Shown here: in pieces, positions 29,854 to 38,447 of the stretch
Layout of the letters: each line of letters starts with the position of its first letter
How positions within the stretch are numbered: position 1 is the first letter of the stretch
Source: an uncultured Verrucomicrobia subdivision 3 bacterium
GTDB taxonomy: Bacteria; Verrucomicrobiota; Verrucomicrobiia; Limisphaerales; UBA11358
Assembly (NCBI GenBank): GCA_903917705.1
Contig: CAIXBQ010000141.1
Span: 26,861 to 90,860, forward strand
Reading direction: 5' to 3'
Length of the DNA: 64,000 nt
Notes under the pieces: model-generated
Told to the model about the DNA's origin: nothing
Seen by the model: only the letters and a program-made list of their open reading frames with translations
The model's database searches: none
Made by a program: the position numbers and the translations under genes

Positions 29854-30062
29854 ATAATTTTCAGGTAACTACGCGCGTTGTGTTTGTTGTTGTTCTTGTC
29901 TGTTCGGTTCTGTTTATACGCGGGCGGATATCGACGCCGCGCATTGTATAATCCGACAATCTTTTGATGCCGGTTTTCCGACAGCAGACGCGCTCAGCGG
30001 CAAACCTGCCGTATCGAATCCACTGTCAAAATTGTTAAAAAATTTCATGTCCTTCATCGGTC

Positions 30063-31148
30063 TCAAGCACGACAAACCGAGGCCCCATCAATCGTCCAGC
30101 CGGGCGCGGTCTCAACCGCGACCGGGGCACGCCGGGCATAGGGCGAATTAAATCGCTCCATCAATTCCATCACGTGTTCGGCAATGATCTGCCGGCACAC
30201 CGCGAGCTCCTGCTCGCGATTTTTGGTGTTTTCGCGAACGACGGCTTCCAGATCATCGATATCATAAAGGTAGACGTCCGGAAGTTCCGCCACCGCCGGG
30301 TCGATGTCGCGCGGCACCGCGATGTCCACCAGCACCAGCGGCCGGTGCCGGCGCGCGGGCAAAATCTTCGCCACATCCTCGCGTTTCAAGACAAGGTCGG
30401 GGCTGCCGGTCGAGCTGACGAGAATGTCCGCCTCGGTCATCGCCGCCGCCGAATCCTCGATCCGCACGGCGCGGCCGCCAAATTCCGCCGCCAGCCTCTC
30501 CGCGCGCTCGAACGAGCGGTTGGAAACGAGGACGGTTTTGGCTCCGCGCTTGGCCAGATGTTTCACGCAAGCCTCACCCATCTTGCCCGCGCCCAAAATC
30601 ATCACGGTCTTCTTGCTCAAATCCCGGTCGAACACTTTTTCCGCAAGTTCCACCGCCACACTGCCCACCGAGGTCGCACCGCGGCCGATGCCGGTGTTCG
30701 TGCGGACGGCCTTCACCACCGACAAGGCGGTCTGGAACAGCCGGTTCATCTTCTTACCCACGAGGCCGGCGTCCTTCGCCGCCTGATACGCGGTCTTGAC
30801 CTGGCCGGTGATCTCCGTTTCGCCGATCACCAGCGAGTCCAAACCGCTGGCCACCGCAAAGAGATGTTCCGCCGCCGCGGCGCCTTCCTTGACGTAGAGA
30901 TGCGGGGTGAAATCGAAATCGCTGCCGGTAAGCTCCTGAAACAGCCGCTGAACGCGGCCCTGAATCCACGGGGCCACGCCATAGATCTCGACGCGGTTGC
31001 AGGTGGAGAGCAGGACGACCTCGGCGAGATTGCCGCGCAGCTTGAGGCGGCAGCCGCAGCATTGCAAGCGCGAGCGGTGGACCGCGAGTTTCTCGCGCAC
31101 CTCCACCGGCGTGGTCTTGTAGCTCAAGCCTGCAACAAAGATATTCAT
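30063..31148 (-). CDS. hemA: Glutamyl-tRNA reductase
   Basis: MNIFVAGLSYKTTPVEVREKLA...LSTCNRVEIY...ILGAGKMGE. Canonical HemA. Confidence 0.9.
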   Translation of the reverse strand: MNIFVAGLSYKTTPVEVREKLAVHRSRLQCCGCRLKLRGNLAEVVLLSTCNRVEIYGVAPWIQGRVQRLFQELTGSDFDFTPHLYVKEGAAAAEHLFAVASGLDSLVIGETEITGQVKTAYQAAKDAGLVGKKMNRLFQTALSVVKAVRTNTGIGRGATSVGSVAVELAEKVFDRDLSKKTVMILGAGKMGEACVKHLAKRGAKTVLVSNRSFERAERLAAEFGGRAVRIEDSAAAMTEADILVSSTGSPDLVLKREDVAKILPARRHRPLVLVDIAVPRDIDPAVAELPDVYLYDIDDLEAVVRENTKNREQELAVCRQIIAEHVMELMERFNSPYARRAPVAVETAPGWTIDGASVCRA

Positions 31149-31214
31149 GCCTCGATAATATTCAGACGACCTGCTGATGATGAACTTAAACCGCCGCCAA
31201 AAACGCGCTTACCA

Positions 31215-31250
31215 TATCTTGTCATTTACCGAACAACATTTGGCAAGATA
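31215..31250. promoter_or_regulatory. Imperfect inverted repeat TATCTTGTCA-N16-TGGCAAGATA between the cbcL-like gene and hemA
   Basis: The 10-bp arms match at 9 of 10 positions, seen directly. Function unknown (operator or RNA hairpin). Confidence 0.35.
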
Positions 31251-31279
31251 AAAGTTAGATTATAGGCTTACTTACTCGA

Positions 31280-33004
31280 TTAGATTTCCTTACCGCTCTC
31301 GAGGGTGCCCGGCGGGTCAGCGCGGAGCTGTTCCGCCGCGGGTTCCAGCGGATGTTCATGCAACTGAAACTCCTCGGAAATGCGCCCGTCCAGGCAGGCG
31401 GTATTAAGCGGGTAAACCTCCGGATCAAAGATGACGTGATAGAAATGCCAGACGATGATGGCCAGGCAGGCCAAAACCGCCTCGTAATAGTGGATGGTCG
31501 TCGCCACGGTCACCACCCACCGCGGCAGCCATTGCGTCACGTCAATCTTCAGCCAGATGGCCAAGCCGGTCGCGCCCATGATGATCGTGCCCCAGACCAC
31601 CGCCCAGTACTCCATCTTCTCGGCATAACCGAAACGGCCGATTTTTGGTTTCGATTTCGTGAAGCCACCCAGGTAACAAACGGCGTGCCACACGTCAGCC
31701 GCATCTTTTTTTACCGGGAACAGGTCGGCCACCAGTTTCCGTCCGTCACGGGTGGCGAGGAGATAAATCACGTGATACAAGCCGACCCCGAGCAGGATGA
31801 TGCCGGCGATGCGGTGCGTCCAGCGGCGGAACGGCTCGCTCGAACACATCACTTTCGCCAGCCAGGAATCGGGGAATTTCAGGGCGAAGCCCGTGATGGC
31901 CAGCACGATGAAGCTGGAGGCCAGCAGAAAATGCTGCCAGCGCTGCGACGCCGTCATCCGCACCACGGGTCGCTCCGTCATGCGCAGCCGCGCGGCCGTC
32001 TTCTTGAGGAACAAAATTCCGTTGTGGGCCAGCATGCCGCCGATGGTGCCGAAAATGAGAAGCATATAGATGTTCCGCACCCAGCGGTTCAACCGGCTGC
32101 CAAAATCAACCCCGCCCGCCTGTCCGTCCGGCGCGACGTGGATTTTGCCCAAGGAGAACTCGGTGTTCGCGCCCGGATGACATTTGCCGCACGTGGTCAC
32201 CAAGTTTGCCTTGCTGATGGTCGAGTTGGTGTCCGACGACGGCAGAATCTTATGGTAGCTGTGGCAACTGGCGCAATTCGCCGCGACGGTGGAACCATAT
32301 TGCGCTGCGAGGCCGTGGTAACTTTCAAAAAAGGTTTTCACCCGGTCCGCCGGCAGATTGTATTTGGTGTTCAACCGCTCGGACGAATGGCAGCGGCTGC
32401 ACACATCCTCGGAAATGGTCATGGTTGAACTCGTCTTGAGCGAACGGATTTTATGGTCGTCATGGCAGCCCGTGCAGGTCGGCGCGTCCTGCGAGCCGGC
32501 GGCCACCGCCTTGCCGTGGACGCTCGCCTGCCATTCGCGCGCCTCCTTGTCATGGCACGCGCCGCAGGTTTCCGCCTGACGCGCAAAATAGATCGGCGAG
32601 GTGGGCGAACGATCGCTAATGATCTCATGGGTATCATGGCAGTCGCGGCACGTGGCCGCGTCATCATGGCCGGATTTCAAGGCCAGGCCGTGAACGCTCG
32701 AATTGTAGCTTTCCGTCTGCCGCGCGTGGCACAAGCCGCAATTGACCGGGGCCAACGGCTTGCCGTCGTCGGGATGCTTGGTCGTGAGGTCCGCATGGCA
32801 ACTGATGCAGGAGTTGGTCTTGTGGGCGGACAATTTCAATTTGGCCGCATCCACGAACAATGAAATGGCCTTGCCGGCGGAATTGGTCTTGAACAGCGTG
32901 TTATCGCCATGGCAGTCAAGGCAGTCGCTATTTTTCAAGCCGGCCAGGGCCGGCAGCGCCGCGAGCATGAACAAGGTGAACAAAATGGGGAGACAGCGTT
33001 TCAT
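31280..33004 (-). CDS. Inner-membrane nonahaem c-type cytochrome fused to an FdnI/HydC-like dihaem cytochrome b (CbcL-like quinol oxidoreductase)
   Basis: Signal peptide plus 9 CXXCH motifs (CLDCH, CISCH, CGLCH, CRDCH, CGACH, CTGCH, CSRCH, CASCH, CGKCH). These are followed by about 5 TM helices carrying conserved His residues (RWQHFLLASSF, THRIAGIILLGVGLYHVIY, TTIHYYEAV...VWHFYHVIF). Confidence 0.8.
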   Translation of the reverse strand: MKRCLPILFTLFMLAALPALAGLKNSDCLDCHGDNTLFKTNSAGKAISLFVDAAKLKLSAHKTNSCISCHADLTTKHPDDGKPLAPVNCGLCHARQTESYNSSVHGLALKSGHDDAATCRDCHDTHEIISDRSPTSPIYFARQAETCGACHDKEAREWQASVHGKAVAAGSQDAPTCTGCHDDHKIRSLKTSSTMTISEDVCSRCHSSERLNTKYNLPADRVKTFFESYHGLAAQYGSTVAANCASCHSYHKILPSSDTNSTISKANLVTTCGKCHPGANTEFSLGKIHVAPDGQAGGVDFGSRLNRWVRNIYMLLIFGTIGGMLAHNGILFLKKTAARLRMTERPVVRMTASQRWQHFLLASSFIVLAITGFALKFPDSWLAKVMCSSEPFRRWTHRIAGIILLGVGLYHVIYLLATRDGRKLVADLFPVKKDAADVWHAVCYLGGFTKSKPKIGRFGYAEKMEYWAVVWGTIIMGATGLAIWLKIDVTQWLPRWVVTVATTIHYYEAVLACLAIIVWHFYHVIFDPEVYPLNTACLDGRISEEFQLHEHPLEPAAEQLRADPPGTLESGKEI

Positions 33005-33107
33005 GCCCCATCTTCCGGCGAAACCGCGGGCAAAGACTCACCTTTTATTGCCAACTATTCGCCAAATATTGATGCGATGTAAAACAATTCTTGTCCAATT
33101 CCCCTCG

Positions 33108-33355
33108 TTTAGAGCATTTTTATAAATATTGTAGCCGCCCGGCCGAGACCAAAATGAGGGCGGTCTTTTTTGGTTTTGGCTTCGTTTCGGCTCAGTTTGA
33201 CTTCCCAAGTCCTGCGAGGATGATGCCCTGATGTGCCGATGCGCTCGCGCACATTGCAGTCAGGGTTGCTTGGAACCTGCTTCTTCGCCAAAGCCTCGCC
33301 AAAACCCAAAAATCCTCGCTCCGAGCGGCTACACTATTTCTTCAAACGCTCAAGC
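33108..33355 (+). mobile_element. MITE-like repeat, copy 3 (full-length reference copy, 248 bp)
   Basis: Imperfect 31-bp terminal inverted repeats (23 of 31 match): TTTAGAGCATTTTTATAAATATTGTAGCCGC / GCGGCTACACTATTTCTTCAAACGCTCAAGC. Internal hairpin plus T-tract and a nested central stem. Lies about 100 bp upstream of the cbcL-like start. Confidence 0.7.
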
Positions 33356-33427
33356 TGAATCGCCGGTTCAATTTAAATCCCCAATCCCGCAAGAGGTGCG
33401 GTGCGCTAAAAGGCCGCCCCATCGCCG

Positions 33428-33976
33428 TCATCCAGCGCGGGAGGTGATGGGAGAAGGCAGGTGAATCGTCCGACCGGCCACCATGAACACGCCTTCACCC
33501 TGATGATGAATCGTTCGCGGACGTTTTCGCGACGGTTCAACCCAAGCCTGGACGACCTCAAGAATGAAGAAATTGTATTTGGTTACCATCGTTGCATCCA
33601 CGACTTTGCATTCCAGGCTGGCGTAGCACTCGGCGATGAGCGGGGCCTGCACGGAAACCGCTGTCTCGGGCGTGAGGCCGAAGGCCTTAAACTTGTCCAC
33701 CCGCCGGCCGGAAGCGTTTCCACAGGCGACCACCTGCTTCGCCAGCTCCACCGTCGGCAGGTTGATCACGCATTCCCCGGTCGCCCGCAAGGTGGCGAAC
33801 GAGCCGTTCCGGCTGCTGATCACGCAGCCCACCAAGGGCGGTTCAAATTCCATCATCGTATGCCACGACATGGGCATGACGTTCGCGCGCCCGGCGCGGG
33901 CCGTCGTGACCAGCACAACCGGACCGGGTTCAAGCAACCGGTAGACTTCGGACAAGGGGAAACTTTTTTTCTTCAT
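33428..33976 (-). CDS. Flavin reductase-like (FMN-binding split-barrel) protein
   Basis: LLEPGPVVLVTT...ANVMPMSWHTMMEFEPPLVGCVIS...IAECYASLECKV. Typical flavin reductase domain. Confidence 0.8.
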   Translation of the reverse strand: MKKKSFPLSEVYRLLEPGPVVLVTTARAGRANVMPMSWHTMMEFEPPLVGCVISSRNGSFATLRATGECVINLPTVELAKQVVACGNASGRRVDKFKAFGLTPETAVSVQAPLIAECYASLECKVVDATMVTKYNFFILEVVQAWVEPSRKRPRTIHHQGEGVFMVAGRTIHLPSPITSRAG

Positions 33977-34328
33977 ACCAGTGATTCCTTTTAAATGATT
34001 TTATAACCGTAACCGCGGGCTGGCACGGCCCGACCGGACAAAAGGCCGCCGAAACAACTTTGCATGGAGGAAGCTTCACCACCCGAATGGCGCGACCCTT
34101 TCATTTTGAATCCTGCGGTGGTCATGGACGGAAGTGTGCGCGGGAAAATTGCCAGCGTCAATTCCGGGACGAAACCCCGGCCCGGCTCCCGATGCCGCCG
34201 GCATCCGGCCAAAGGGCCGGTCGGTTCTGCCTCCTGCCCCAGCCATGTCGTGACCAGGAATAGCTTGCAGCGCGATAGCAATGAACATTGAAAACCTATG
34301 GAAGTGTGGCAAAGTTTCGCCAGCCACC

Positions 34329-35048
34329 ATGAAAAGCGCCAGCTTGATAGTCCTGTTCCTCGTATTCGCCGCCGGGTCGATTTCGGCGCAGACGAATCAA
34401 ACCATGTTCTGTTCCCGCCATCCGCTCCGGATTTTCGGCGACCATTCAACCGTCAATCTGACGCCGCTATTCCAATGGTGGACGCGTCACGAGCGGGCCA
34501 CCCGCACGGACCCGGTCCGGCCACTGGCCGCCTGGCAGCGGATCACCGGCACCAAGGTCGCCGACCTGGAATTCAACTGGGTGGTGGACGCCGTCATCTA
34601 TACCAGCCCCTCCACCCGCACCAACGCGCGCATCATCCTGAAGAATCCGCCCGTGGCGGAGGAGCAGGCGTTTTACAATTTGAAAGCCCAGCTCGCCGAA
34701 GCCGGGCCGCGAATCGCGAACGACCAGCGCGCCAGCCAGGCCAACACGAAGGCGGCGCAAAAAGCGGAGTCCCGCGCCCAGGCAGACCAGCGCTCCCGCA
34801 ACGCGCGGACCCGGGTGAACGGCAACAACTATTCGCAGCAGGCGGAACAGGAACGCGCCGCCGCCGCCGCCGCGCTCAACGACCAGAAAGAGGTGGAACA
34901 GGCGCGCGCCCTCGCGGAAAAGCAGCTCGCCGCCATTCCCACCGTGAACGGCAAATATCAGATCGACTGGTTCGGCATGGAGATCGGCCGGAACAAGCAG
35001 GGGCAGCTCATCTATGACCTGGGCGTGCTGGACGCCAATTCACCCTGA
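34329..35048 (+). CDS. Secreted hypothetical protein with a Q/A/R-rich coiled-coil segment
   Basis: Signal peptide MKSASLIVLFLVFAAGSISA. I recognise no family. Confidence 0.5.
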   Translation: MKSASLIVLFLVFAAGSISAQTNQTMFCSRHPLRIFGDHSTVNLTPLFQWWTRHERATRTDPVRPLAAWQRITGTKVADLEFNWVVDAVIYTSPSTRTNARIILKNPPVAEEQAFYNLKAQLAEAGPRIANDQRASQANTKAAQKAESRAQADQRSRNARTRVNGNNYSQQAEQERAAAAAALNDQKEVEQARALAEKQLAAIPTVNGKYQIDWFGMEIGRNKQGQLIYDLGVLDANSP

Positions 35049-35117
35049 CCGCAGATTCGCGACGACCAAAGCATTTCCTGATTTGAAACCGGGGCGGTTC
35101 GCGCTAAAATACCGGCG

Positions 35118-35726
35118 ATGAAAGGCAAAATCCTGCTCTCCGTGGTGCTCGTGGCAACGTTCGCGTTGTCACGGATTCCCGGCCTGCTGCCGCCGAACTT
35201 CAGTCCGGCGTATGCGTTTGCCTTTTGCGCGGGGGTTTATTTCCGGGGCCCGCTGGCCTGGGCCCTGCCGCTCGGCGTGATGCTGACAACGGACGTGGCG
35301 CTGAACCTCTTTTATTACAACGCAGCGCCGGTCGGCGGGTACATGCTCCTGAACTATGCGGTCTACGCCCTCCTCATCGGGCTGGGCAGGATATTCGGGC
35401 GGAAGGCTTCACTGCTCAAACTGATTCTGGGCGGGCTGGGCGGCGCGGTGGTTTTTTACCTGGTCACCAACACCCTGTCGTGGATCCAGGATGCGGCCTA
35501 CGCCAAGACCATTGCCGGCTGGATCCAGGCGCTGACATCAGGGCGGCCGGACTTTCATCCGACGACCTGGGAAATGTTCCGCAACACCCTGGTCAGCGGC
35601 GGCCTGTTCACCGCCCTTTTTGGCGCGGCGGAAAAGCTGACCGCTGAATCCCCCGCCGACAAGACCGCCGGGGCGCGCGCCCCGGAACCCAAGGACGAGG
35701 CCGAACCGGAGGAGGCCAAGGCTTGA
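35118..35726 (+). CDS. Polytopic membrane protein (DUF6580-like, putative transporter S-component-like)
   Basis: About five hydrophobic helices and an N-terminal NFSPAYAFAFCAG motif. The family call is from memory. Confidence 0.55.
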   Translation: MKGKILLSVVLVATFALSRIPGLLPPNFSPAYAFAFCAGVYFRGPLAWALPLGVMLTTDVALNLFYYNAAPVGGYMLLNYAVYALLIGLGRIFGRKASLLKLILGGLGGAVVFYLVTNTLSWIQDAAYAKTIAGWIQALTSGRPDFHPTTWEMFRNTLVSGGLFTALFGAAEKLTAESPADKTAGARAPEPKDEAEPEEAKA

Positions 35727-35808
35727 GCCGGTTCTCCGCCAGACGAACCATCTGGATGGCCGCCCATCACCGCAACCCCCGCCCGCTGATTAACCCGCTC
35801 CTCGCACC

Positions 35809-36270
35809 ATGAAGATTGGCGTCATCTCCGACACGCACGGCTATCTCGACCCGCGCGTGGAAAAGATCTTTGCCGGGGTGGACCACATCCTCCACGCGGG
35901 CGACATCGGTTTCGCCTCGATCATTCTCGAGCTCGAATTCATCGCGCCGGTCACCGCCGTCCTGGGCAACACGGACAGCGAAATGCAATTCCGCCTCACC
36001 GAGACCGTCGAACTCGCGCGTAAAAAATTCCTCGTCCACCACATCGTCAACCCGTGGGCGCTGTCCGACAACGTCGCGGCGGACATCGCCCGCGAAAATC
36101 CGTTCGCCGTCGTCTTCGGCCACACGCACAAGCGGTTTGCGGAAACGGTGAACGGCGTGTTCTTCTTCAATCCCGGCTACTCGGGACGCGCCAAGTTCGG
36201 CATGGAACGCAGCGTGGCCCTGCTGCATGGCGACGGCAAAGGTTTCCGGCACGAATTCATCCCCCTGTAA
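35809..36270 (+). CDS. YfcE/MJ0936-family metallophosphoesterase
   Basis: MKIGVISDTHG...HAGDIG...VFGHTHK motifs. Confidence 0.85.
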   Translation: MKIGVISDTHGYLDPRVEKIFAGVDHILHAGDIGFASIILELEFIAPVTAVLGNTDSEMQFRLTETVELARKKFLVHHIVNPWALSDNVAADIARENPFAVVFGHTHKRFAETVNGVFFFNPGYSGRAKFGMERSVALLHGDGKGFRHEFIPL

Positions 36271-36323
36271 GCCGCCCGCCGCGGCCGCCCCTGCCCTTTC
36301 CGCCGCCCGCAAGCGGGCGCGGC

Positions 36324-37130
36324 TCAAGCCTTGGAATGGAACGGATTCGCTTTCTCCGCGGGCAGGACGCGATTGAGAAAAAGCGGGCTGAGGAAGAGAT
36401 ATATCCAGCCGATGACGAGGTGCATCCCGAAGGCGAAACAGAATTGCACCACGTCGAAAGCGCCCAGCTCATAAAGCACCAGCGACAGCGACAGCAACAA
36501 TGCGCCCGGCATCAGGGCCGCGCCGGCCAGCCGCCAGCTCGCGCGGAAGTTCAGATCGCGATTGCTGAAGAAGCAGATCAGCCAGACCGGCAGGAAATAA
36601 ACCGTCGCGAGCACCGCCCAGACCAGCAGGAGTCCCAGAAAAGTCCCGATGGCCGCCAGCGCGATCAAGTCCGGCGCCCAGGCGCCCCACACCGGCCGCG
36701 CGTCGATCCGGTTGAGGGCGATCTGGTAACCGCCCGGATATTCCATCATGCCCTCGCCGAACAGGGAGAACACGCGGACCGAATCGTTGCCCAATTCAAA
36801 CTGGAAGTCCGCCGGCGAACGCAGCGAGCCGCCGTGTTCCAGGTCCACGCTGAAGGCCAGCCGGTTTCCCTCCGCCAGCAACACCGGCGATTCCCCCCGC
36901 CAGTCCAGCCGGCCGCCACGGATTCCCCCCGCGTCCGGCAGCTGGCCGATGGCGGCGCTGATGGTGGGTTCGATGCCGTCGGAGATAAACCACGCCACGG
37001 AGAGGGCCGCGATCAGGGCAATGACCCCCTGCACGACCAGAAGCCGCTCGAACGATGCGCGGGCGAATGCCGCCACGCCCCGCGGCGTGATCGGTTCCCA
37101 GGCAAAAGATGGTTCGGTGAAGGCGCTCAC
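36324..37130 (-). CDS. Hypothetical membrane protein
   Basis: 268-aa ORF with one N-terminal and about 4 C-terminal hydrophobic helices. No family recognised. Confidence 0.5.
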   Translation of the reverse strand: MSAFTEPSFAWEPITPRGVAAFARASFERLLVVQGVIALIAALSVAWFISDGIEPTISAAIGQLPDAGGIRGGRLDWRGESPVLLAEGNRLAFSVDLEHGGSLRSPADFQFELGNDSVRVFSLFGEGMMEYPGGYQIALNRIDARPVWGAWAPDLIALAAIGTFLGLLLVWAVLATVYFLPVWLICFFSNRDLNFRASWRLAGAALMPGALLLSLSLVLYELGAFDVVQFCFAFGMHLVIGWIYLFLSPLFLNRVLPAEKANPFHSKA

Positions 37131-37268
37131 CTGTTGGAGCTTAACAAATCGGATGCGGCGACAGAAGCCTCATTTCCCCCGCACCAAGATCAATATGGCG
37201 ACCGCCGGCGGCGTCACCACCGTTCCAGCGATGGCGACCAAGCTCGCGCCGGCGAACCGGCCGCCGGA

Positions 37269-37718
37269 TCAGGCCGTCTTCCCCGTCGTCGGATTCGACT
37301 CCGGCATCGGCGCATGGACGACCGGCAGCGGATAGCGCAGCTTCATCACGTCATCCACGAGGACCTCGACGTAATAAGTGCCGGCCACCTCAAACTTGAC
37401 GTTGCCGAAGAACATCACATTCGTCGCCGACAGCGCGGGGTCGCGCAGCTCGAACTTCATCTCGCCCTTGCTGATCACGGTGGTCTGGTCCGGGGCGATG
37501 AGCCGGACATTCTCGTTGAACTGGCCGATGCCCGCGGCCCAGCGGTTGAAGACGCAGATGCGGCCGGCGACGATGGGAATCTGCGGCACGCGCAGGACGC
37601 TCACGACGCCGATGATGAACAGGTTGCCGTTCACTTCCTGGCGGACTTCTTCGCACAGGAGCGAGCATTGCAGGTCGGGTAGGATTCGGGTGGCTTGCAT
37701 AAAAATATGAAATGTCAT
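37269..37718 (-). CDS. Hypothetical protein (beta-rich, no recognised family)
   Basis: ORF of 149 aa. An alternative start exists at Met7 (37700). Coding-like composition. Confidence 0.45.
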   Translation of the reverse strand: MTFHIFMQATRILPDLQCSLLCEEVRQEVNGNLFIIGVVSVLRVPQIPIVAGRICVFNRWAAGIGQFNENVRLIAPDQTTVISKGEMKFELRDPALSATNVMFFGNVKFEVAGTYYVEVLVDDVMKLRYPLPVVHAPMPESNPTTGKTA

Positions 37719-37787
37719 CCTGCCCGAAATCCACCGGATGTCAGGGAAAAAATGGAAACATTTGCGGCCGGTGGCCCGGCGGGCGCG

Positions 37788-38360
37788 TCACGGCCGCCAC
37801 GCTTGCAGCTCCCCGCGCAGCTCTTCCACCGGCAAGCCCACCACGTTGCTGTAGGAGCCGGAGATTTCGGAGATGATCTTCTCGCCGGATTCCTGGATGG
37901 CATACGCGCCGGCCTTGTCCAGGGGGTGGACCTTCTCCAGGTAATCGCGGATCTGCTCCCGGTCCAGCGGGTGAAACAGCACATCCGTGCTGACCGCGAA
38001 CATCCGCTCGCGGTGCCCGCGCAGATGGATCAGGCTCACGCCCGTCACCACCTGGTGCGTGCGGCCCTGCAGGCGGCCGAGCATCTTTTCCGCCTCGGCC
38101 AGGTCGCGGGGCTTGCCGAGGATTTCATTGTCGAGGAAGACCAGCGTGTCCGCCCCGAGGACCAGCGCGTCGGGAATCTTTTTGGCCACGGCGCGGGCCT
38201 TGCGATGGGCGTTGAGCTGGCAGATTTCCAGCGGGGAGAGATGTTCGTGGGCCGCTTCATCCGCATCGCTGGGCATCACTTTGAAGTCCAGCTTCAGCAG
38301 CTTGAGCAGGTCCGCGCGGCGCGGCGAGGCCGAAGCCAGGATTAGCAGCGGCAATTTCAC
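37788..38360 (-). CDS. maf: Maf-like nucleoside triphosphate pyrophosphatase
   Basis: GTG start at 38360 (VKLPLLILASASPRRADLL...GADT...KAGAYAIQ). The longer listed ORF (to 38957) is an antisense extension over aroK. Confidence 0.85.
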   Translation of the reverse strand: MKLPLLILASASPRRADLLKLLKLDFKVMPSDADEAAHEHLSPLEICQLNAHRKARAVAKKIPDALVLGADTLVFLDNEILGKPRDLAEAEKMLGRLQGRTHQVVTGVSLIHLRGHRERMFAVSTDVLFHPLDREQIRDYLEKVHPLDKAGAYAIQESGEKIISEISGSYSNVVGLPVEELRGELQAWRP

Positions 38361-38447
38361 GCTGTCAGGATACCCAAATACCCCCGCCCTGTCGAGAGCC
38401 TGAATTTGAGGCGTGCGTCCGCCCCCTTTTTCCGCTAATCCATCGCC

